Below are positions 38,062-50,087 of a stretch of DNA of 64,000 nucleotides, one piece after another. Both the position numbers and the translations under genes were made by a program. The notes beneath the pieces were generated by a model. It was not told the DNA's origin and did not search any database. It saw nothing but the letters and a program-made list of their open reading frames with translations. The stretch comes from Azolla caroliniana (Eukaryota > Plantae > Polypodiophyta): positions 21,266,001 to 21,330,000 of the forward strand of contig JBHGNT010000012.1 of NCBI GenBank assembly GCA_043228905.1. Direction: 5' to 3'. Position 1 is the first letter of the stretch. Each line of letters begins with the position of its first letter.

Positions 38062-41000
38062 TCATTCCTCGCCCGTCGGTTCTTCTTCATTCTCGGATCG
38101 TTCGTCACTGCCGACCAGGAGAGCCGGGTCTGGCTCGTCGTCGTGTCGCTTCTTGAACGCTTTGATCCGCTTCCCTGCAACCGGTATCGCCATTCTCGTG
38201 CCGTCAAGTTCCGCCAGGTGATATGTCCCGTTGTCATTGGCGCTCCGTACCACGTAAGGCCCGAACCACCTTCGTGCGAACTTCCGTGTGGCTCGGTGCT
38301 GGTTGTCGAGGCTGCTGTCGTAGACGAGCACCCAGTCACCTTCTTCGATTTTCTTCGGTCGTAGCCGGTGCGTTCGGTCGAACCGGGCTTTGTTCTTTGT
38401 CCTCGCCACCCGGAGCTTCTCCGTAGCCAGTGCCACGTCCTCCGGCCTCCGCTCGAGCTGTCGTATACGTGCGACCAACAACTCCTCCCGGCTCATCTCG
38501 TCCCTCCAGTCGACCGTTGCCCACGAGGAGATCGTCCGTTCAATCGGCATGATCGGCGTCTGGCCGAACATGAGCTCCGTCGGCATGTACCCGGTTACCG
38601 AACTGTGCGTGGTCCGGTCTGCCCACAAAGCATAAGGTAGCAGCCGCGGCCAGTCACCGGCTCGGCCTCCGCATGCCCGAACCAACGCCTTGACGATCGG
38701 TCCGTGTCCGCGCTCCACCTTTCCATTCGCCTCCGGATTGTACGCAGTGGTGAGCGAGAGCTGGACTCCCAGCCGGTCGAACAGCTCCGCGGCTTCTTCG
38801 GCGTCCAATTCCCCTCGGTCAGCCACGATCTTCCCGACGCACCCGTACCGGCATATCACGTCCTCGATTAGGAACCGGCATACGGCCGCGGTCGTTTTGT
38901 TTGGAAGGGCCCGGCCTTCCACTTGGTTCGTCAGATCCTCCCGCGCTAGGACCAGGTACCGCATCTGTCCTACCCCCATTGGCATCGTCACCAGATCTAC
39001 CATCCATTTGAAGTGGATGGTCGGAGGGTACGTGGGGTGAAGCTCGTCCCGATGTCGGACTATGGAGTGCATCTGACAGCTCCCGCAAGTTGTCACGAAC
39101 CGATGCACGTCCCGGTACTGCCCCGGCCACCAATACTTCCCCTTTAGTTTCTCAAACGTAGCCCATGTTCCACGGTGTCCAGCCCAAGGGCTGTCGTGGT
39201 AGGCCGTCAGCAGTTCCTCCTGTTCTTCCTTCATCGCCACCACTCGGAGCGGGACGCCGTCCCTCTTCTTCGGGTGCTTCCATAGATGCCCATCTCGGAG
39301 AAAGAATCGATATGCTTTCTTCCGGATCCGGTTGGCCTCGTCCTTCGTCCATGACGCATCGGGCGTCATCGTCTTCAAAAACCCGCCGATCTGCAGCCAT
39401 TCCCCATCGTACTTGCTCGCGTCGAACTCGTTAAGCGCCGGAGTGCTCATCCCGTCGGTCGTTATGTATGCCGCCTCGAAGAAATCCACGCCGACTTCTT
39501 CGTCTTCCGAAACCATGCCGCCCTTGTCGTCGAACCTCGCCCTCGAAAGCATGTCGGCCATGGCGTTGTCTTTCCCGGAAATGTGTCGTATTTCCGGGTC
39601 CAGGGACTTGATGTACGCTATCCACCTGAGCATCGCCAGGTCCGGAGTCGCGCATCCGGAAACCATACCGAGAATCGGCAGGCAATCCGTCTCGATGATC
39701 CTTCCGTCCCTATCAGGTAGTCTTTGTCGGCCTTAACCGCCGAAACAATACCCCAGAGTTCGCGTTTAACCTGGGCGTATCCTCGCTGCCGTTCACTGAG
39801 GACTTTCGCGCCGAATCGGATCGGAAACCGATTGCCGTCCTCGTCTTCCTGGTTCACGACCCATCCGATCCCGGTCGGACTGGTATCCACCGTTATGAAT
39901 ACCGGGGTACCCTTCCCGTAAACCGCCTTCCGGAGTGCCGGTGCCGCTGCAAGGGCCTCTTTCAGCTTCCGGACCGATTCCGCGTGCTTGTCTAGCCATT
40001 CGAACCTTCGCCCCTTTTTCAGCAACCCGTACAGTGGCTCCGCGACGTGTGCGTAATGCGGGATCCATATGTGGTAGAACGCGCATGCCCCCAGGAATCT
40101 CCGTACTTCCGTGACCGAGCTGCAGTCGGGCTTCATCGCGGAGATGGCTTCTACCTTCGCCGGAGACGGTTTCCGGCCATATGGTCCGCACAGGTGTCCG
40201 ACCACCATGATTTCTGACTGCCCGAAGGCCGACTTCTCCCCGGAGAAGGTGAGTCTCGCATCCTCTAGCCTTTGCAGCACCTTCTCGCAGTCGTCGACGT
40301 GCGTCGCCACGAATCGCCGGCATCCGTCCGGCCCGATCGTCTCGTCCTTTTCTTCCACCGGGCATCCCTTGATCGGGATGTCGTCCAGAAACGGCATGGT
40401 AATGTCCGGGACACAGTCCCTCAGAACCTTGTTCATCGCATTCACCATGTGGGCCACCGAGTTGGTCCCTCCTTGCGGCAGTGTACACATCCGAACTAGG
40501 CCGAGGGGAGTTCGCATCGTCGTAAGGTCTCTGCTCTCCACGGCCAGCTGGAACTGGTCGTACCCTGAGTATAGATCCCCGACCGAGTAAATTGACCTTC
40601 CGGCGAAGGCCTCCGCGAACTCGTCTATGGTCGGTCCGATTCCTGCGTTCCGAATGGTCACTCGATTGACCGGCTGCAGGTCCTGGATGAAGCGCAGCGA
40701 ACCGTTTTTCTTCGGTACGGTAAACCATCGATTCGAATATGGGGCGCTCGACGGCTCGAGAATTCCCATATCAACTTTCTGCCTCAGCAGCTCCATCAAC
40801 TTCGGGATGTGAGCTCTCGGAACCGGGATTGGCTTGAGATTCCATGGTACATGCGGTACCGTGAATATCACCATCGGCTCCACGATCGTCGGGTCAACGC
40901 ACCCGATTTCCTCCGGCGAGAATGCGAAGGCTTTCCCGTGCCTTCCGAGCATTCTCCGAAACCGGTCTTCCTCCGCCGGCAGTAGGAACCCGCCCCCACC

Positions 41001-41472
41001 GATTTTGAGCTCTCGGAGCGTCTCGTCAGTGAAGGTGTGCCCTATGCAGGCCGGATCTCGTAGACTAGGGTCTGATGCAACCCCTTTGATTCTCGACGCG
41101 CTGTCCTCCGGTAAGGGTGCCGCTACTGGCCTTACCTTCCGGTCCACAGTCTTGTACTTGGTGTTTACGTGGGCCGTCCGAACTGACTCGAGCCCTCGAC
41201 CGAAGTCCGCGATGACTTCGTACATCTCCTCGGAACACACCGGTATCGTCCGGTCGTCGTTAAGGCCTTCTTCGACTACCTTTCCCAGCATTCCCAAGGT
41301 GTCGTCGAATGAGACCGCCTCCACGGCTCCGTTGATTTCCTCGTCCGGGCCGAGAACTCCGCACGCTCGAAGTCTCGCCTCCGTCTTTGTTTTCTCTCGG
41401 CCGGCGATGCCGACCATCGCACACGCTCCGTTGTCGGAGAACAAAAATTCCCTACCTATGGTACAAGGTTTC
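38062..41472 (-). pseudogene. Gypsy-W2 pol (RT-RNase H-integrase, no chromodomain) with a 1-bp deletion near 39700
   Basis: DLYSGYDQF, LPQGGTNS, FLDDIP, VDTSPTGIG, HDSPWAGHRG..CGSCQ, ADRGE..YNPEANGKVERGH, WFGPY. Confidence 0.92.
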
Positions 41473-41699
41473 CCCGGGGGCTTCACTGTCAAAACTTGTA
41501 TGATAGCACGTGAGTTCATCAAAAGGGGTTTAAATTAATCAGTGAGATACAAAATATATATATATAAGGGTATTAATAAGGATTTGAAAATATATTTACA
41601 TAAGGGTATTATCAATTATGTTGGGAAATTTTTTTACATAAGCCCATGAAATATTAGATATTTCAATGAGATAGTAAAGAATGTATTATGCAAACAATA

Positions 41700-41930
41700 C
41701 TCAAATTTGGAGTAGCATATATACATACATAAATACATACACATGCATGCATCCATATATACCTACATTCAAACATTACATCCATGAATATGTATATATG
41801 TACATTACACCCATTTATACATGCATACTGACTAAACATAAATATATGTACAAATATATATGACCATATGTAAATATGTACATACATGTACATACATGCA
41901 TTACATACTACATACATAAAAATTACATCT

Positions 41931-41963
<33 letters not shown>

Positions 41964-44900
41964 GTATACACATTTTTACAATTTACAAACATATTTTATA
42001 TATTACATATTACACATATATATTATTATACGCACAATTTTATACAAATGCAAATATACAAACCAAACTGAAAAAAAATAAATTACATATTATATATATA
42101 CACATATACACACATTCCATACATACAATACAATACAATATGTACAAACATAACACACATCACATATGAATACCACATACATGCATATATACCTACATTC
42201 ATATATCACAACACATCACACATGCATATATACCTACATTCAAACATTACATCCATGAATATGTATATACATACATTACACCCATTTATACATGCATATT
42301 GACTAAACATAAATATATGTACAAATATATATTACCATATGTAAATATGTACATACACATACATGCATGCATTACATACTGCATACATATTAGAATCAGC
42401 CATATATATTGAAAGAAAGAAAGAAATATATATTAACGTCTTCTAAGACCAAATTTGGCCCATGAGACAATTGGTTTACAACAAAAAATGGGGTATTTAC
42501 CCATTCATCGAAAGTAAAAACATACATATGTATTATTTATATATGTATGTATTGACATACATATATACATAATACATGCAATAAAATTACATATTGCATA
42601 TATACATACAAAACACAAAAAATTAAATTACGCATTATATATTATATATGTACACATCACATACATATTATATGTATACAAATATTCATATTTACAATTT
42701 ACAAACAAGTTACATATATTACATATATGTATATTATGTATATACACGTGCACACACACATAAATAAATTAGATATTACATAGCATATAATCCATACCTA
42801 TTACACAATATACAAATTTACACATACATAAATTACATATATACATACATTATTATTATTACATATATGATATATGTATAGATACATACATAGATATATT
42901 ACATATGTACATACATATTCCACATATCACCATATATATAGATTATATTGGACCATATGAACCACAATACTTACATACACACACACACACACTAGATATA
43001 TGTATACTTACACGTACATTGGATATATAAATGCATATTACAAACATACATCCATATAGGAGCCATATACATACTAAACATGAAAATATCCCAAAAATAT
43101 ACATACATAAATACATTACATATATACACATTCATACATTTACATACATATGACCACATACACACACATACATTGGATATATACATACATATTATGCACA
43201 TATTACAAACACATTCATACTCATTGAATGATGTATATTGACATATACATAGATGCATACACATACATTACATATGTACATACATGTTCCACATATCACC
43301 CTATATATACGTACATATGTCTGCAATGTTATAAGTTTTACAAACAGACATCCATACACATAAATACATTACATACACATGCATACATACATTACATATG
43401 TACATATATATCATCACCAACTACAATAAATACATATATACATACACATACATAAATATTACGAATAAACATCCACACACTCATGTACGCATGCATATAT
43501 ACAACCACTTTTACACATACATACATTACATATATACATATACATATATGTACATTCATGCGTGAACATACATACATTTCATACACATATATTACAATCG
43601 CACATTCATATACATTGACATATGCATATACATACATACATTACATATGCATACACATATGTACATTCATACATGGACATAACTATATTCATTTATACAT
43701 TAGATATATATGTACATAAATATTATGCACATATTACAATCACACATCCATACACATTGATTCATGTACATTGTTGACATATGGATATATGCATACACAT
43801 ACATACATGCATCCATACACATACACACATACACACACACACATGCATACATACATACATACATACATACATGACCTATGCATATATGCATACACATATG
43901 TACATTCGTACATGGACATGCATCTAGTCTTTTATACATACACATACATACATATATTAGATACACACACACATACGTATATATATATATATATATATAC
44001 ATATATATTACACATACACATACATACATATTACAAACAAACATCCACACACACAGACACACATATGCACATATGCATTCACATAAAAATATACATACAT
44101 TACATATTCATACACATATGTACATTCATACATGGACATGCATATATTCATTTATACATTGCTACACGTATATATGTATTTATGGTTACAATGATATGTG
44201 TATAAATTTTACAAACATACACTCATACACATACATACATACATGTTCCACATATCAGCATATATGTAGGTCACATGGGGTCATATGAACTAGAATATGT
44301 ACATATATACATACATATTACGCACATATTACAAACAAACATCCACATACATACATTACATATTACATATATACGCATTCTACATTCATACATTACACAT
44401 GTATATATATTCATTCATACATACATTACATATTACATATTAGATATATACACATATGTATGTATACATATTGTGCACATGCACACCACAATATATATAT
44501 TCATTCATACATACATTACATACGCACATTATATACATATACATACATACATTGCATATTGCACATACATGTATGTACATTCATACATAGATACATTACC
44601 TACTTACACATTAGATATATACACATATGTATGTATACATATTGTGCACATGCACACCACAATATATATATTCATTCATACATACATTACATATGCACAT
44701 TATATACATATACATACATACATTGCATATTGCACATACACGTATGTACATTCATACATAGATACATTACCTATTTACACATTAGATATATACACATATG
44801 TATGTATACATATTGTGCACATGCACACCACAATATATATATTCATTCATACATACATTACATATGTACATTATATACATATACATACATACATTGCATA

Positions 44901-46703
44901 TTGCATATACACGTATGTACATTCATACATAGATACATTACCTATTACACATTAGACATATAAACATATGTATGTATACATATTGTGCACATGCACACCA
45001 CAATATATATATTTTCATTCATACATACATTACATATGTACATTATATACATATATATACATACATTACATATATGCATATACATGTATGTACATTCATA
45101 CATACATACATACATTACATATTACATGTAGACGTATGTACATTCATACATAGATACATTACATATTGCATATACATGTATGTACATTCATACATAGATG
45201 CATTACATATTACATATTCGATATATACACATATGTATGTATACATATATATATGTTCATTCATACATAGATACATTACATATTGCATATACATGTATGT
45301 ACATTCATACATAGATGCATTACATATTACATATTCGATATATACACATATGTATGTATACATATATATATGTTCATTCATACATACATACATTACATAT
45401 TGCATATACACGTATGTACATTCATACATAGATGCATTACATATTACATATTCGATATATACACATATGTATGTATACATATATATATATATGTTCATTC
45501 ATACATAGATACATTACATCTTGCATATACACGTATGTACATTCATACATAGATGCATTACATATTACATATTCAATATATACACATATGTATGTATACA
45601 TATATATATATATGTTCATTCATACATACATACATTACATATTACATATTAGATATATACATATATCAATGTATACATATATATATATTCATTCATACAT
45701 ATATACATACATTACATATGTATATTATAGACATATACATATACATACATACATTCATAGTCAACATAACATTGATACATTGACATTTTTTAATTTTGAG
45801 TTTTGCCGCCCCATTTTGCCGCCTAATTCTGCCTCCTCTACTCTCTTGGTTTTGCCGCCTTTGTTCTCCTCTTTGGTGTTGCCTCTATTCTTCTCGTTTT
45901 TGTTGCCTCTACTCTCTTTGCAACTTCCTTTGTTCTCTTCGTATTGTCATTGCCGCCTCTGCTCGCCTCGTTGTGCTGCCATTGGTCGCCTCGTTGTGCC
46001 GCCATTGGTCGCCTCTATCCTCTGTAGCTGCTGCCACAACTACTGTTCATAAAATATTTACAGGTATGTAAAAGAAATACACACACGGACACAACACATA
46101 CACACATGCAAATAGAATACATACATGTGCACATATATAGATTATATACTCTCACACACATACATATATTCACATGCAATGCAATACATACATATGCACA
46201 TATATAGAACACGCACACACACACAACACATTCATACAAACACATGCAATATAATACATACATATGCACATGTATAGAACATATACTCACACACACACAC
46301 AATACACGTGCACACATATACATATATACACATGCAATACAATACATGCATATGCACATATACATATATACACATGCAATACAATACATACATATGCACA
46401 TATATATAACACACAAACAACACATACACATATACATATATACACATGCAATACATTACATACATATGGACATATATAACACACACAAACAACACATACA
46501 TACACACATGCAATACAATACATACATATGCACATGTATAGAACATATACTCACACACACACACACACATAACACATACACATATACATATATACACATG
46601 CAATACAATACATACATATGCACATATATATAACACACACAAACAACACATACATACACACATGCAATACAATACATACATATGCACATGTATAGAACAT
46701 ATA

Positions 46704-46734
<31 letters not shown>

Positions 46735-47628
46735 AACACATACACATACACATATACACACATTCCATACATACAATACAATACATACATATGCACATAT
46801 ATATAACACACACACATGCAATACAATACATGCATATGCACATGTATAGAGCATATACTCACACACACATCTAACACATACATTCATGCATACACACATT
46901 CCATACATACAATACAATACATACATATGCACATATATATAACACACACAAACAACACATACATACACACACATGCAATACAATACATGCATATGCACAT
47001 GTATAGAGCATATACTCACACACACATCTAACACATACATACATGCATACACACATTCCATACATACATATGCACATATATATAACACACACATACACCC
47101 ACCCACCCACCCACACATCTAACACATACATACATGCATACACACTTTCCATACATACATATGCACATATATATAACACACACATACACCCACCCACACA
47201 CCCACACACACACACATCTAACACATACATACATGCATACACACATTCCATACATACAATATAATACATACATATGCACATGTATAGAACATTCACACAC
47301 ACATTCCATACATACAATACAATACATACATATGCACATGTATAGAACATTCACACACACATTCCATACATATAATACAATACATACATATGCACATGTA
47401 TAGAAAATTCACACACACAAACACACACACATTACATACATACAACACATGCATTATAATACAATATGTAAATACATACACATGCAATTCAATGAATACA
47501 TTACAATATGTAAATACACACACATGCAATTCAATGAATACAATACAATATGTACACACATACATACAGAACATGGAATACAATACAATACATACATATG
47601 TGCGCACACACACACACACACACACACT
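41700..47628. repeat. About 6 kb of cryptic (CA/TA/CATA)n simple sequence with superimposed minisatellites (171-bp unit at 44440, 44611, 44782, 44952; about 120-bp unit at 45130-45650)
   Basis: Direct inspection. The Y/I/H/T- and C/V/M/Y-rich ORFs here are translations of simple repeats. Confidence 0.93.
42391..42520 (+). mobile_element. 130-bp 5'-truncated LINE tail with 9-bp TSD
   Basis: TSD CATACATAT (42382-42390/42521-42529). About 110 bp are nearly identical to the reverse complement of 23075-23175. Ends in a short A run. Confidence 0.8.
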
Positions 47629-47631
47629 CGT

Positions 47632-48362
47632 GTGCTTGCAAATGTTGATTGCAAGGTTAAAATATGTGATTTCGGATTGACAAAAGTTGTATTTCATGAC
47701 AACCTAATGACTATATTCTAGATAGTATAGTAATCTATTTAAATATACACATTTCATGTTCTTAACACACAATTTGCAATCTTTAGGTGACGAGAGATAA
47801 TTAACTTATTATTTTGCAAAGAAGGTACACTCTCATTGAACTTGTTTCATCTTTGATGAATAGGAAAGTAGAGTTTGTGCTTGTATTTATTGTAGTTTGA
47901 GTCCAAGAAGAGATTGCTAAAAGTTTTACTAGTTTTTGTGAAGGCCTTAGTAAATCATTACTTCAAGGGCTTAGCTAAGGTAACCCATCAGTAAGTTGGA
48001 GTTTGAATTCGAGAGGAAAAGAGTTTCAAAAAAGGATGTAAGGGAACTCATATATTGAGAGGTAATATAAACTTTGGTTTACTGTATAATTTCATAATTA
48101 TAATGGTATTGATTGAGCCTTCTCTAATTTTTATGAAGATTCTTTTTTTATTGCCATTATTAGATGCTCGAGTATCATCTACGTATGCTCAAGGATTGTT
48201 TGGGTGGAGGGGATAGGCCCAACTTTTTGTATCCCAGGTTTCTATTGAATTATTTAAAACGGTTAGTTGTCATTGGTGGCCAACCATGTTTATTTGCTTG
48301 CTTGCTTGTTTGATGGTGGTAGAAACAATTCCGCTAGAGAGAAAACATACATCTTTGTCCAG
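47632..48362 (+). pseudogene. Captured genomic fragments of a plant group-D (TDY) MAP kinase gene, four exon pieces
   Basis: 47632-47724 VLANVDCKVKICDFGLTKVVFHDNLMTIF*I|gt; 47944-48061 ag|ALVNHYFKGLAKV..PISKLEFEFERKRVSKKDVRELIY*E|gt; 48164-48237 ag|MLEYHLRMLKDCLGGGDRPNFLYPS|gt; about 48328-48362 IPLERKHTSLSR|gt. All four match MPK9/16/20-type sequence in the right order. Confidence 0.9.
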
Positions 48363-50087
48363 GTTGTTCTTAAATATGTAAATTTGTTTTTTATTACTGA
48401 TCATGAATCCTCATAGTTGTGGATCTATTTATTCATAATTATTTACCATAAATGTTCATAGTTTTGGATATGCACACATATGGTTGATATATTGATAATA
48501 TACGATGGTTCTCATATGGTCTTGTAGTAACACTAAAGTTGAGAAATTGAAGCATTATTTTTCCAAGGATGCCTTAGATATGATATATCATCTATAGAAA
48601 CCATATAAGAGTTATATGAGGCCCATTGGTGTAGGTACGTACTTGTGTCCCATGTTATGAACATTAATAACTTGACTTATTCTCAAATAGGTTTCTGAAT
48701 TTTACAGCAAGAAATTTGAAACCCCCAAAAATTTGGAAAAGAACATATTTTGGATAAAATTTAGTTTTTTTTTTGAACGTAAGTCATTGATATTTGAAAT
48801 ACATAAGCTAAGATTGGATTGTTTTGTCATAAAGAAAGTATAAGAGGTTTGTTTGGACCCAATTATATAGAAGTCCTATATCAATGATCCTTTATAACTA
48901 TTATGGTATTTTTTATGATGATTCTATTTATGAGTTACTGATTTTGATAGAAATGCAACTTTTGCTTTTCCTCATGCCTTACATGCATGAACTATTCAGA
49001 AGGAAACGAGTAACCAAGAGAGCAACAAGCGTCATCCTCCCTGAAAGGTCATATTATTGAGATTCAAAAAGAAAGTATGAAACAAACCAAAGATGTGGAG
49101 AGGGCGTAGAGTGATGTCATGGCTATAATACAGGTCCAACATTGAAGATAGAAACTACATGAAATTTAGAACCTAAAATAAGCTTCTTTGGGTTTTCTAT
49201 TTATATACTTGGTTTTTATGAAGATAACCTTTATTGTAATAAGTATTTTAAGTAGACATTGAACAACAAAATGATTAATTTTATCTCATTTTTATAGTGT
49301 GATGTCCTATATTTCAAATGGAAATATAACATATGTTGTCATTTGTTTGATCAATGTATTTGGGAAAAAATAATGTAGTGGCTTCTTATGAGTTTATCCA
49401 TGAAACCAAACATAATGTTAATTTGTTAGTAATTTCATTATTGATATGCATTTGGATTGTCCCATGTGTGCTCTTTGAGATATGCATGTCAAGTTCAAGA
49501 TTGATTTTTTTGTAAATTACATTCTTTTTTATCACTTCATATTCTTCATATGTTGAAATAAACTATTGACATGAACTTATATGTGGCTTATATATGATAT
49601 ACCTCTAATGTTTTTGGGTAATGTTTTTGAATTGTTTGTGCATTACTATATACTTTACACATTGTGTTTTCAATTTATGTGGTACTTGATGAAACCTTTC
49701 TACAAAATTGCATATGTTGTTTAATGTTCTTCCACATATTTGTGAGTCATCAATTGTAAAGAGGGTCATAGATCCATTCTAGGTTTCTTGGATTAGAAAC
49801 TATGTGTGCATGTATATTTTCTATGTAAGGGCATTTAAAATAGGTGGTTATCAAAAAATATATTGGTAATAGGGGGTATTTTTATTAATCTTTTTTTTAC
49901 AAAAGGGCCTCTAAAATAGTAAAAAACATACGTATAAGGGGTTTATAAATGATGTCATGAACGCACGTGATACAACCTTCTTATATATAGTGGAGTCCCC
50001 GGGAAGGTTTCTTCGGTTTTATCGTACAGGTGTGGGGTTTTCCCGGGGTGTCCGGACTGTCGCGGCCCCACGCCTTGGCAGCCCTCT

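Larger units (their letters stand above)
41473..50003. mobile_element. 8531-bp non-autonomous TIR DNA transposon with 8-bp TSD (superfamily unassigned), Pack-type
   Basis: TSD AAGGTTTC at 41465-41472 and 50004-50011. TIRs CCCGGGGGCTTCACT and CCCGGGGACTCCACT (reverse complement of the right end), plus a shared subterminal TTGTAT..CACGTG.GTTCAT. Excision restores an open Gypsy pol frame. Confidence 0.92.

Noticed and set aside
41663-47620. Dozens of 60-226 aa ORFs rich in Y/I/H/T or C/V/M/Y
   Set aside because: They are translations of CA/TA simple repeats with no domain signal.
41484-49992. CACTG...TAGTG ends suggesting a CACTA element, or a Helitron
   Set aside because: There is no 3-bp TSD at those positions (CTT versus GAG) and no CTRR end. 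The boundary with the exact 8-bp TSD lies 11 bp further out.
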